64,000 nucleotides of DNA from assembly GCF_009914755.1 (NCBI RefSeq), contig NC_060939.1. One strand, given 5' to 3'. The position numbers were made by a program, and so were the translations under genes. Within the stretch, counting starts at the first letter, position 1. Each line of letters begins with the position of its first letter. Source of the stretch: the human T2T-CHM13v2.0 reference genome, Homo sapiens. The notes under the pieces were generated by a model, which had not been told where the DNA came from, did no database searches, and saw only the letters and a list, made by a program, of their open reading frames with translations. Below are positions 1 through 21,026 of the stretch, one piece after another.

Positions 1-290
1 AGCTGCATCAGACTCATTTGGAGAACTCATTAAAACCCAGATTGTTTGCCTATAGTGCCAGCTACTCAAGAAGCTGAGATGGAAGGATTGCTTGAACCAG
101 GGAGTTCAAGCCTAGCCTGGGCAATAGAACACAACCCCCATCTCAAAAAACAACCCAGATTGCTGGGCCCCACCACAGAGTTTCTTCTATTCCAGTAGGT
201 CTGGGGTGGGCCCTGAGAATCTGTATTTTTAACAAGTTCCCAGGTGACTCTGCCACTGCTGATCTGGCATCGTCCTTTGAGAGCTAGTGT
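1..290. mobile_element. MER5A-like hAT relic interrupted by an Alu monomer
   Basis: MER5-like gtaggtctggggtgggccctgagaatctgtatttttaacaagttcccaggtga; monomer flanked by duplicated AACCCAGATTG. Confidence 0.7.
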
Positions 291-1021
291 ATCATACGAT
301 ATTATGTGTTTATAAAACTGGTGTCTGCCTCTAGAAAATTATGCAGTTGTCTCTGAGGAAGCAGTCAAGGGCACTGTGGAATCTCCTCGGCAACTTGAGG
401 GACGCAGGTACCTTCCAAAGTGAACAGAATTCTGAAACTCAGGGTGCAAATCCAGAAAACAAGTCATCCAGTTTTACTGTGGATTTAGGAACAGATGAAA
501 AAGAAGGAAATGAAAGGTTATTGGGAAGAGAAGTAGTAAGAAAAGTGACTGACAGAGAAAGATTTTTTTAAAGGAAGGTAATTGGGTAAATGTTGGCATA
601 AGAAGAGACTGAGACTGCCTAATTATGTGAGTGTTCAGCAGTGGCTGAAAAGTGATGGTAACTGGCAGATCTGGGGCCTTCCTCAGCTGGGGAGACAGGG
701 ACAGTGATCTAAAGTCTCCAGTGGCATTGTGAACATTTCCCTGCCCCACCGCCCCCCACACCCTGGCCTTTGCAAATATTCTGTAATCCAAAAGCAGAGA
801 GAATGATGTTGGGATGAAGATACAGAAGAAGGAGGACAGCAGCTGCTCTCTGCCTGGGCTCTGTGAGCTGGTGGGGTACAGGAGAGGCCGGGAGAAGACT
901 GAATACAGACCAATTGCAGAGCAAGAATCGATTTCTGAGGCTGAGGGATTCTGCAGGAAGCTGGGAAGAGTGGAAGAAGTAGGGGAAAATCAGGAAAGGG
1001 GGAGTCACATGGCTTGACTAA

Positions 1022-1216
<195 letters not shown>

Positions 1217-1317
1217 TGAGCCCCCTAATCCCGGGAAAGCCAGGGAGCATCCCCAGGCTTCTGCTGTCTTGGCACATGCAGGAATCAACCCAGGGACCTG
1301 AATTAATCTGAGATCTA

Positions 1318-1584
<267 letters not shown>

Positions 1585-1861
1585 CTATGGAAATGAGAAA
1601 TATAATTTATTTCAGTTTTATACATGACAGCTCTAAAAATTTTTTTTTCTTTTTAAATTTTTTTTTCTAGTTATCTAAAAGCACAGAGACTGGGCACGGT
1701 GGCTCAGGCCTGTAATCCCAGCACTTTGAGAGTCTGAGGCATGCAGATTACCTGAGGCCAGGAGTTTGAGACCAGCCTGGTCAACACAGTGAAACCGACT
1801 CTACTAAAAATACAACAATTAGCCGGGCATGGTGGCGGGCACCTTCAATTCCAGCTACTTA

Positions 1862-2023
<162 letters not shown>

Positions 2024-2835
2024 TCACCACTACTAAAATTTTTCTCCATTTCCTTCCTGCCTTTCTAAATGTAATGTAGCATAGGTGTATAATTATTATA
2101 ATATATGACTTTCCCATCTTGGTGAGCAGTTAGGTGTCATTAGCTCCAAGTTGTGTTGGAGAGCCCCAGTCTTTGAAGTATCAATGAGGGAGCTGGTTTT
2201 AGGAATTAGGTCTCCTCATAGCTACTGTGGATCTCAGGAATGTTCTTGTTCTCACATGGGAAGTGAAATCTCTCGTGCTGTCAAGTGGACCTTAAATTTT
2301 CTTACTTCAGGACACAAAGTCCTAAGGCTAATCCCTGACAACAGCTTCCTGTTACTGTCTGGAACTACGTCAAGATTCAGTGGTATGCTGGGGCTGGCTC
2401 CTACTGCATAGTGAGATAATTAGGGTTTTGCAAGCCAGTTGTTAAACCACTGTTAGTTGTCCATTGTGGGAGCATTGACACCATGAAAATCTGCAAACCC
2501 TATAAATTGGGGCCTCTTTTATTTAAGAGACCCAGTTATCAGCACAACACTGGCTGTATTGCCCCTGGGATAAGAGAACATCTATGTAGATCACCCGAGT
2601 CTGCTCTTTAAGGACATCTTCCCCAAAACAGAAGTGGCTCTCCAAAAGACAGCTGTCTCTGGCAAGAGCTCTGCACACCACACTGGCCTAGGAGTGATTC
2701 CCAGCCCCACCCAACCTGCCCTCACCAGCATCCAAGGTCAGCGCATCCCACCAGGACCAGCACCTAGAATGTGATGTGCTTCATGGCCTTCTTACCCCTG
2801 GGAAGGTCCATTCTAACTATCTATTCTGGTTTTAG

Positions 2836-2985
<150 letters not shown>

Positions 2986-3445
2986 TGAACATGAAGTGGG
3001 TGGTTGTCCTAGCAAGGAGTCACCTTGGGGAAACCCCTCAGCAAGCCCCCACAGAGATGTTCCCCAACAAACCTCGCATGGTAGGAGGGAATGAAGAGGG
3101 GAGTTTGGTTGCCAGCTGTAGCCTGTCAGTTTCTGCTTGCATCTGTGGCCCCTGAGCACAGGTTCTCTGATCACAAAGGCTGGCACTGCCTTCAGGGAGT
3201 GGTTGCCACAGGAGAAGGCATGAGCCCACATCCACCGGGCTGCTTCTGGATATGAGTTTGTCTTGTAGAAGATGTTACTTAAAACACTGAGGGTGTGAAT
3301 TTTCTAGATGTGAAAGCAGCCGAGGGGGAGTTGAGACTGTCCTCCCTACGCAAGAAGGCGGGTGGGCCCCAGGAACAGCCCTCATGGGGCTGCCCAGTCC
3401 CTCTCTCTTGGGAAACTCACCCTTCTCTTGGGTGCTGCCCATTAA

Positions 3446-3724
<279 letters not shown>

Positions 3725-3775
3725 TGAGAGCATGTGACTGACATACATCAAGTGTCACTTTAGGGACCAGATCTA

Positions 3776-4207
<432 letters not shown>

Positions 4208-4488
4208 TCAAAAAAAAAAAAAAGAGAGAGAGATTGAGAAAGTAGGCTTGGAATCAGAAGGTCAGTGCTAATCCTAGCCCAGCTGTCTGCAAACCATGTA
4301 GTCTCAGGCCAGTCGCTTCACACCCCAACCCACTTTTCATGCAGAACATAGAGCTAATTAATTACACCATTGTTGTCTAGTGCATGCGTTTGTTGAAAAT
4401 AGCAAAATCCAGAGAGTTTCTGTATGTGAAGCTCTTCGAAATTGAAACGCACTAAGGAAATATAGGTTGTTGTTGTTTTACAAATTTA

Positions 4489-4680
<192 letters not shown>

Positions 4681-5306
4681 TCACTTGAGCCCAGGAGTTT
4701 GAGGCTGCAGTGAGCCAAGGTTGCACCACTGCACTCCAGCCTGGGTGACAGTGAGGCCCTGTCTCAAAAAAAAAAAAATTAATGGAAGCAGTTACATGAG
4801 CAAGTTTGCTTTGTGATAATTCCTTGAACTGTACACTTGTTATACTTTATATTACACTTCAAAAGTAACATTAAAAAATTCACAAAGGAGGAGTTTCTTT
4901 TCTTCCGTCCCTTTCCCAGGCAACCTGGCTTCTAATCTCCTTCTATACTGACTGTATGGCCTTGAGCAAGTCACTTCTCTGCCTCATCTATAAAATGGGG
5001 ATACTAATAAGACTACTTTATAGAACCCTTGTGAGAATGCAATGAAATTATGTGTGTAAAGTGCCTAACACAGTATCTAGCACCTAGGACATACTCATTA
5101 AACATTAGCTGTAGAGTAATAATAAACAGTGTGACATTATCTTATCATCCTAGGCAAGGAGAATAGCACTTCATAAAGAGAAGGATGATGGTGAGTCCAG
5201 ACAGGTGCTCCTGGTTCCCATTCCCTGAACAGGCAGACCAGTCTGAGTCACAGGTTGTCCAGGTAGAAGTGATGGGTAGGTGCAGAGTCTGGGGGGAACC
5301 GGTTGA

Positions 5307-5495
<189 letters not shown>

Positions 5496-6875
5496 TGAGT
5501 CTGGGAGCTCTGGAATTCCCACAGGCCCTGGGCCTTCTGTTACCTCTGTGTTCTTAAAGTCACCTTGGGGAACTGGTCCTACTCCCCTCTCATTCATTTA
5601 TTCAACAAACATTTATTGGATATAATATGTGCTAATGCTTCCCACTGCCCATGTGTTTATTGAGTGACTTCTCTGAGCCTGGCACTGTACTAGGCTCTGG
5701 AAGTATGATCATTGCCTTCATTATTACACTCCAGTGAAGAAGTATGTCTGGCACAGTACAAGTGATCATGGTGGCCTCAGCCTTCCTCTTCCCAGCCCCC
5801 AAGCTCTCTAAATAAGTGAGTCTTCTTCCCTGCTATTCTGTCTCATCCCCAGTCAGCACAAACTCTATTGTATTAGAGCTAAGAGACCTATAAAGCAGTC
5901 AAAGTGAGACCAGCAGCTATTCTGGGTGGGTGGCACTGTGGTTGAGTTCTAGGGTCCTGGGTCCAGCTTTGCAGATACAGAAATCAATGATATTGCTTCC
6001 TAAATTCGTCAGCCTCTAGAGAAGCAGCTCCCTCTAACCGGACTTTGTTAAAGGCCAGTAATGACTCAGTGGTTTGCCATTTTGCAGTTGGAGATGTATT
6101 TTCCTAGAGAGTGGAGGTGGGCCACCTTCACTGGGCAGCCCTCCTGGCAGGTGCAGAGCATCAGAGATAGTACCCTGTTTGTTGGGTAGCTTGTGATCAG
6201 ACCAGGGAGTTGACTGTTCTCAGGGAGGTGTCTGTCAAGCTAGCAAATTGCCTTCCTCACTTGGCTATCACTTTCTGAAGAATGCAGTGGTTATTTCAAC
6301 TTTGGAGGATATTTTCCCCACACACTGCTAAGATAAACACCACTAAAGACCCTCCTTTATTTTACTTATTGAACCAACAGCATTATTATAGAAGCAAAAG
6401 ATATTTCAAGGAAAGAAGAATGATGATGATTTCATAAGCCCTTGACCAAAATAGCTTGTTTTCATTTTTTTCTGGATATTAAGTTCTTGTTGTTTGGCCA
6501 CACACACACACACACACACACACACCGCCTTTTCTGAAACAGCTGTGCCTCCCCCTGCCCATACGCCTTTGCATCCCATGGTCAGCTGCGCCTCAGTCCC
6601 TGGCTGGGTTGTAGCTTCCTTCCACTCCAGTGCTGACCCTGCCCTCCTCCATGCTCTTGCTTCTCCCCCTCCCCAATTCCTCTCCAGACACAGCAGCATT
6701 CCCCTGCAGGGAGCTTTTCTCTCCCATTGGGCACTAGGTTTACTGATTTTCTCTCACAGGGTGCTCATTGCTTGATTTTGCCTTCACATCCTACAAGTCC
6801 CTCACACACTTGCTGGTCACAGCCCCTGTGCCCATGGCCTCCTCCCCTACCCCGTTTTCTGACCGGCTTGTGTGA

Positions 6876-7112
<237 letters not shown>

Positions 7113-7305
7113 TGAGGGTGGGACGGGGTAAATAATTGGCCAGATTATTTTAATTGCTATTTGATAGTAAAATCTGACAGCCTCTCTGACTACAGTCCAC
7201 CTTTTGTATAGTCATCACTCTCCTGGTGAGCTTCTGAAGATCACCAATGTCTCATATATGTTACAATTTTTTCTAACAAAATTGTATGATAGCACAGATG
7301 ACATC

Positions 7306-7744
7306 TGCTATGGTTTGACTCTCCCCTCCAAAACCCATGTGAAAACTCAATCCCCATTGTGGCAGTACTGTGAGATGGGGCCTTTAGGAGATGATTGGAT
7401 CATGAAGGCTCTTCCCACATGAATGGATTAACCCACTCATGCATTAATGGATTAATAGGTGAATGGATTAATGGGTATCATGGGAGTGGAAATAGTGGCT
7501 TTATAAGAAAAGGAAGAGATACCTGAGCTAGAACATGAGCACACTCAATTCCCTCACCATGTCACACCCTATGCCGTCTCGGGACTCTCTAGAGAGTCCC
7601 CACCAGCAAGAAGGCTCTCACTAGCTGTGGACCCTTGACCTTGGACTTCTCAGCCTCCAGAACTGTAAGAAATAAATTCCTTTGCTTTATACATTATCCA
7701 GTTTCAGGTATTCTGTTATAAGCAACAGAAAATGGATTAAGACA
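7306..7744 (+). mobile_element. MaLR solo LTR (MST-type)
   Basis: TGCTATGGTTTGA...GGATTAAGACA termini with perfect 5-bp TSD ACATC on both sides. Confidence 0.85.
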
Positions 7745-7876
7745 ACATCCTTCCCATCCCATACGGCCAAGAAGAGGCTCATTTCTCCCACAGTAAACTT
7801 CCATCAGTTTCTCCAGGGATCTCTCTCTCTTTTAAACATTTAAAAATACCTAATGCATGCAAATGAACCTGTATAA

Positions 7877-7928
7877 TGTGTGTGTGTGTGTGTGTGCGCG
7901 CGCGCATGTGTGTACGTGTGTGTGTGTA
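7877..7928. repeat. (TG)n(CG)n alternating purine-pyrimidine tract
   Basis: tgtg...gcgcgcgcgcatgtgtgtacgtgtg...; Z-DNA-prone by composition. Confidence 0.85.
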
Positions 7929-8044
7929 ATAAAGAATAATGAGATCAACTCCCCTGAAACCGTTGGAAATCGATAATCTCCAGTTCCATTTGGGCTCCCT
8001 GCATGGCTCTCCCTCATCAATCCTTCTTGCTCCGCCCCAAACAC

Positions 8045-8530
8045 CTTATTAATTACCTAATGCTAAATAACAAACCACCCCAAAACTTAATGGTTTAAGA
8101 AAATAGTCAGTGTTTAGTCCTTGAGTCTGTAGGTCAGCAATTTGGACTGGACTCAGTCCGTTTCTTCTACTGGTCTCACCTGGGCTCTCAAATGTGCCTT
8201 CAGGCAGCTCACAGCTCTTCTAAGATAGCTTCACTCACACACCTGGCAGTTGGCAGGTTATTGGCCAGTGCACCTCGGTTTTCCTCATGGTCTCTCCTGC
8301 AGACTAGTACAGCCTTTCTCACATGGTAGTCTAAGGGCTCCTAGCAGCAGGAGAGGGCAACCATAGCACACAAATGCTTTTCAAGCTTCTGCTCATGTTA
8401 CATTTGCTAATGTCCCATTGGGCAAAGCACATCCCACATCCATGCCCACATTCAAGCAGTAGAAAAACAGACTCCATCTTTTGATGGGAGTCACTGCCAA
8501 ATACAGCCAACTGCTTTTCAATCTACCACA
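8045..8530. mobile_element. old MLT1-type MaLR LTR
   Basis: taacaaaccaccccaaaacttaatggtttaa... motif typical of MLT1. Confidence 0.6.
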
Positions 8531-9337
8531 CCATTTTTCTAAATTCATCATTCCTTTGCTTTCCCTTAAGAATTAACCACATTTAGGCCAGGTACAGAGG
8601 GTCACACCTGTAATCCAAGCACTTTGGGAGGCCAAGGCGGGTGGACCACTTGAGCTCAGGAGTTCAAGACCAGCCTGGGTAACATAGTGAGACCCCTTCT
8701 CTGTGAAAAGAACAAAAATTATTAAAAAAAGAAAAAGAATTAACCACATTTGTATGACTGTATCTCTAAACAGTATATTATTTAGCTATGCATATTTAGG
8801 AAACTTACAAAGCAAACCATATTCTATATATTCTCCAACTTGTCTTCCTTCCTTCCTTCCCTCCGTCCCTCCTTCCTTCCTTCCTTCCTTCTTTCCTTCC
8901 GTGCATCCTTCTTTCCTTTCTTTCTTTCTGTTTTGTTTGGTTTTGTTTGAGACACGGTCTCACTCTGTAGCCCAGGCTGGTCTTGAACTCCTGGGCTCAA
9001 AGTGCTGGGCCCCCAAAGTGCTGGGATTACAGGTGTGAGCCACTGCACCCAGCCTCCAACTTGTTTTTCAATGGTATTTATTCTGCATCTTGCTTTGCAA
9101 CATTGTTCACAAGAGCCATACATGTTGATGCATGTAGCTCCAGTTCTTTTATTTTCATTACCATATTATATTTCATTGTATAAGATACCACAATGACTTA
9201 AGCATCCTCCTAATAGATATTTGGATTGTTCTTAATTTTTTGCTACTATGAACAGCCTCCTCACATATTTCTTGATTTCTCTGAATTTCTCCAGGATATA
9301 TGCCTAGAAGAGGATATCAAAACTTTTAAACTCTTAA

Positions 9338-9649
<312 letters not shown>

Positions 9650-10507
9650 TAGAACATGAGAAAGGCTGTGATAGGGATTTTTTAATGGATGCATGGAACA
9701 GAGAGAGGGTCACCTAACTCAACCTGCAGAAGTTGGCAGCAGGGGAGGACTGTGTTTTCTGGAGGAGGTGACAGCTGAGCTGAGCCAGAGGAGTTGAGAA
9801 GGCAACACCATGGAGGCAAGAGAGCACCACGTGTCCCGGGCACTGCAGGAAGTCCCAGTATCTGCCACATGAGATTGCTGTGGAATGTGGAGAGGGAGGA
9901 GGCTGGGGCGGGAAGACAGGTGGGCCAGACCATGGAAGGTCCTGTACACTGCGCAGAAGGATACAGATGTGTCCCTGTGTGGGATGGGGCTCAAACAGAG
10001 AGGTCAGAGAATGGGAACAGCATATTTAGAGCAGGGATGGAGAGTTGAGAGATCTCAGTTCGGCGATGGACTCCACATTCTTCACTACCTGTGGCTGTTG
10101 CCAAAGGAGAGGGAAGCGTGCGCGGTTGATCCTCGCTTGCAGAGGTGATTCCCCAGTCCTTACAGGGCCCACTTCAGGCCTGGAGAGAAAGTCTGTGATT
10201 CCTGGTGTGGCCCTACGGAGGGTGAGGGGCCTACAGGACCCCCAGGGGAGGCTCCAAGAGAGCCAAGGGCTGAAAATGTAGATTCCATGCTCACCAGCCA
10301 GGTACAGTTAGTGAGAGGTGGTTGAAGTGGGGCGTACAGCAGGTTCCCCTTGTTAAAGAGAGGGAGTGAATAGAGAAGAGGTTCCCATGGGCACTACCAT
10401 CACTTACAGGACCTGGAAAATCAGTTCACAAAGTGACCGTGAGGGGCCCCAGGGAAAACTGCATGGGGACAGTCCTGCAAGCAGAGAGGAGAGTCTAAAG
10501 AAAGTGA

Positions 10508-11151
<644 letters not shown>

Positions 11152-11407
11152 CTACATGGAGGGTGAGCTCTTCAGCAGAGAAGCAGAGAACTTGGAAGAG
11201 AGGCTGGGAAAAAGGGGAGGAATGCATAGCCCTGGAGCAGACAGCATGTGGAGGAGGGTCTGTTGGCTGAGGGGGACCCCAAGCACACATGTGTGTGCAG
11301 GTCTCCAGCAGCCCTGGATGGATCCAGAGGCTGGGGCCCAAGAGGTTTTATGTCCAGCTGCTTCTCTCATTCCTTACTGGGGTGACCTCTACACGACCTT
11401 CCTGTGA

Positions 11408-11632
<225 letters not shown>

Positions 11633-11817
11633 TGATGCCCACTGACCATTTCCCTGACTTAGTTCTCTCACAAACAGAGAGAGCCCCTCCGATCTCCTCC
11701 CCACTCTGTGTCCCCCTCTACCATAGGCCAAAGGGTACCGCAGCTCAGTCCTCACAGGGCACTTAGATAAAATGCCAGCAGGGTCTTCTCTCTGAAGTCA
11801 CAGCTCAACCCAGATGA

Positions 11818-16715
<4,898 letters not shown>

Positions 16716-17085
16716 AACAACTCTTACTTTTTAAAAGACCCAACTCAAACTGTCTTTATAAAAGTTGGAATCATACAGTGTGTCTTTTTGTGACTGGCAT
16801 ATTTCAGTCAGCGTAATGTCCTCAATAGTCATCCATGGTGGAGCATGTGTCAGAACATCTTCCTTTTCAGTCTGAATGTTCCGTTGTGTGTAATACCACA
16901 GCTTGTTTGCAAATAGCCTTTTAGTTCCTCAGCTCGCCATCCTGTCTACCCACATGCACCTCACAGGTAAGAATGCTAGACCCATCATTCCTCCAGGAAA
17001 GGCCTTCTGAGCACCTGCTGTGTACCAGGCTGAGCCCTGAGGACACAGAGGCGATGCAGGTGTGTCCTCTTAGAGTTTCTCATAG

Positions 17086-17274
<189 letters not shown>

Positions 17275-17496
17275 GGCTGCCACCGCCCTGGGATCTCTGA
17301 AAAGGAGGTTTCAGCCACGAGGCAGCTGCTCCCAGGACACTGAGGCCAAGAGAAATGTAACAGAGCCACAGCTCCACAGGCCTGCACTCGGAGTCTGGGG
17401 CCTCTGCAGAGCCAGCAAGGGGAAAAGTATAATCTGGGGGACCTTCAACCACTAAGCCTCTTGTCAGAGCCCTCAGGCAGGCAGATGTGTCACCCA

Positions 17497-17502
17497 AATA
17501 AA
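17497..17502 (+). terminator. WDR93: WDR93 polyadenylation signal
   Basis: AATAAA about 220 nt after the stop codon. Confidence 0.75.
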
Positions 17503-19364
17503 CAGTGATATTGTCTCCAGACTCCCAAGTTGCTGTGGTATATAACTCATCGTTCCCACGCAGTCCAGACCCCAGCAGGGCCCAGATGATGGTTTCAACC
17601 AGAGTCCTCGGCCTGGTGAGGACCACTCACCTCCTAGGCCCTGGAGAGCCACTGTCCTCAGATGAGCAAGACACCCCGCCCACCTGTTTTCCCCACCCAT
17701 TTCTCCCTCCCACGGCTGGCTCACACCTTTATAGAATAGCTTTGAGGAGGTGAGGCTCAGGATGGTGGCGTAAGGGCCTGAGGCCACACAGGTACGAGAG
17801 GCAGAGTGGGAGGGAGAGGTGGCAGGCAGGAGCTGGGCCACTGCTGCCCCTGGCCTGCTGGCTCAGGAACGCTAGAGGTGGCTGGGCAGAGAGATGCCTT
17901 GTTCTTCTCTAGAAACTGTCCTCCCCCAAAAAACAGACGGAGGGGTCCCCAGCAGCCCAAGGGATCCGTGAGGACCCTGTGTGGAACCTTGGAGGCTGAG
18001 GGGGCTCAAGTGTCCCAGCCTGGTCCTAGGCCTGCTCAGTCTCTTGGGTGAGAAACTACCTGGGAGGGTGACTGCACTCAGAGTTTGTGATGGCTGCTGT
18101 TTTGCAGCCCCATCCACCTCCTCCCTGGGTCACATACCACATTCCTTGTTGGCCAGACAACTTCCATGTGGCACTGATGCTGGCTAGCTGACTGTCCCCC
18201 GGGATGAAGGTATCCCCGCCTGAGACACTCTGGCCCTCTCCACACCCCACCATGGGAATGAAATATAGCCGCCAACATACCTGTTGGCAGTAATTCCCTC
18301 TACACAGCAGGTGCTCTGGCAGCTCTCTGGAGACGAGGAAGGAGAACTTAGGAAGATGGTCTTGGCTTACACACCACCTAAGGTGTTGGGGAACCAACAT
18401 TTCTGTGGTTGGTGTATTTTACATTTAAGCTTTAAGCAACCTTGTGAAACATAGATGTTATTGTTATCCCCATTTTACAGAGCAGGGAACTGAGACTCAG
18501 GTGAGACAGCGTAGAACAGCCTGTGTCCAGTCCCCGTGGGCTTCTCCATAGCAAATGCTAGAAACCGAACACAAACTACCTTTAGCAAAAAGGGGGATGT
18601 GTTGGCTCAGATAACTTAGCCATCCAGGAGTCACACTCTTGGTGTGGCTGGATCCAACCCCAGGTGTTGAGATCACACCTGGAGTCTCCCTCCGCCTCTC
18701 AGTTCTAATTCCCCCTTCAGGCAGGCCTTCCACTTGGGTGACACCAGAAGCACCCGGTGGACCACCCCTTCCCAATAGTGCCGGCAAAGCCCTGAGCCTG
18801 CTCCTCACTGGCCTGCATGTAGTCTCTTTCCTGAACCACTCACTGTAATGATGGTCAGGGCTGCGGCAGGTGTCCATCCCTGGAGGGAGGGAGAGGTATT
18901 CCCACCCCCAAACCAAGGACTGACAAGGGGAAGAGCTCTCTGGGGAAAGGAAATGACAGGGCCATGAGGGAGGAAGGCAGGAGGGATACTGAGCAGGCAG
19001 ACAACAGAGGCACCCGGCCCAGCAGAGGCAGCAGGGAGCCCAGCCCACCCTCTGCCAAGACATGTGCTGCCCACACCTGGCCACCTTCTCCTTTCCCAGC
19101 GTGTGAGGGGAGAGCGGGTGGGGAGAGGGGATCTGAGGCATTCACAAGGCGTCTTATGTGCCAGGTCCCACCAGCGGGACGAGGGAGAAGGAACCAGGGC
19201 CGGTCAGCACGAGGCTAGTGCTCCCCAGCTGGTAGGCTGCGCTGCCAGGGCTCCAGCCACTTCCGCCTGTGCAGCCCCAGGCAGAGCTGGCCATGCCTGT
19301 GGGCCCAAAAGAGGTCCTTGCCCTCTGGGTGACAGACCCCATGGAAACATCAAGAACCTGTGTT

Positions 19365-19657
19365 GGCCGGGCGCGGTGGCTCAAGCCTGTAATCCCAGCA
19401 CTTTGGAAGGCTGAGGCGGGCGGATCATGAGGTCAGGAGATCGAGACCATCCTGGCTAACAAGGTGAAACCCCGTCTCTACTAAAAATACAAAAAATTAG
19501 CGAGGCGTAGTGATGGGCACCTGTAGTCCCAGCTACTCGGGAAAGCTGAGACAGGAAAATGGCATGAACCCAGAAGACGGAGCTTGCAGTGAGCCAAGAA
19601 CACGCCACTGCCCTCCAGCCTGGGCGAAAGAGCGAGACTCTGTGTCAAAAAAAAAAA
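19365..19657 (+). mobile_element. AluY-like element just upstream of the minisatellite
   Basis: gatcgagaccatcctggctaac diagnostic; TSD AAGAACCT... Confidence 0.85.
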
Positions 19658-19720
19658 GAACCTTATGTCTTCTCAGGGTATGGTTGGAACTAGAGCAAGG
19701 CATACCAATGCCCAGGTGCA

Positions 19721-20981
19721 GCATCCACACCTCCTTTCCTCCCCACAGGATCCACACACCAACACCTCCACACATCCACACCTCCAAAGAGCATCCACAC
19801 CTCCACTCCTCCCAACAGGATCCACACACCAACACCTCCACACATCCACACCTCCACACATCCACACCTCCACGCATACACACCTCCACACATACACACC
19901 TCCACACAGCATCCACACTTTCACACAGCATCCACACCTGACACCTCCACACCTCCACACATACACACCTCCACACAGCATCCACAGCTCCACACAGCAT
20001 CCACACCTCCACACAGCATCCACACAGCATCCACACAGCATCCACATAGCATCCACACCTCCACACAGCATCCATACCTACTCACCTCCACACAGCATCC
20101 TCACTTACTCACATCCACACATCATCCACATAGCATCCACACCTCCACACGTCCATGCAGCATCCACACCTCCACACATTCACACATCCACACAGTATCC
20201 ACACAGCATCCACACCTCCACACATCCACACATCCACACATCCACACAGCATCCACACCTCCACACATCCACACATCCACACAGCATCCACACCTCCACA
20301 CATCCACACCGCATCCACACCTCCACACAGCATCCACACCTCCACACACACACACAGCCCTGCCTCTACACACACAGCCCCGCCTCCACACACACACACA
20401 GCCCAACCTCCACACACGCACACACAGCCCAACCTCCACACATACACACAGCCCTGCCTCCGCAAACACACGCAGCCCCGCCTCCACACACACACAGCTC
20501 CGCCTCCACACACAGAGACACACACACAGAGCCCTACCTCCCCACACAAACACACACAGCCGCACCTCCACACACACACACAGCCCCGCCTCCACACACA
20601 CACAGCCCTACCTCCCCACACATATACACACAGCCCTACCTCCCCACACATATACACACAGCCCTACCTCCCCACACACACACACACACAGCCCCACCTC
20701 CACAAACACACAGCCCCGCCTCCACACACACAGCCCTGCCGCCACACACACACACACACAGAGCCCTGCTGCCCCAGCCACACACACAGCCCCGCCTCCA
20801 CACACAGCCCCACCTCCACACACACACACACACACACAGCCCCGCTGCCACACACACGTGCACACAGAGCCCCGCCGCCACACACACACATATGCTCACG
20901 CACACACACAGCCCCACCACACACACATGCGCATGCACACACACACACACAGCCCCGCCGCCACACACACAGCCCCACTGC

Positions 20982-21023
<42 letters not shown>
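19721..21023. repeat. Compound CA-rich minisatellite
   Basis: part A (19721-20345): TCCACACC/TCCACACA/TCCACACAGCA units, opening with a 70-bp tandem duplication; part B (20346-21023): CACACAGCCCYRCCTCCACAC units ending in pure (CA)n. Confidence 0.95.

Positions 21024-21026
<3 letters not shown>

Noticed and set aside
335-407. AG...GT-bounded 73-nt open segment as an extra WDR93 exon
   Set aside because: In its apparent frame it ends in phase 2 while the next exon needs phase 1, and the pyrimidine tract is weak.
19721-21023. CRISPR-like repeat-spacer array
   Set aside because: Units are degenerate low-complexity repeats without unique spacers, in a eukaryotic context with no cas genes.
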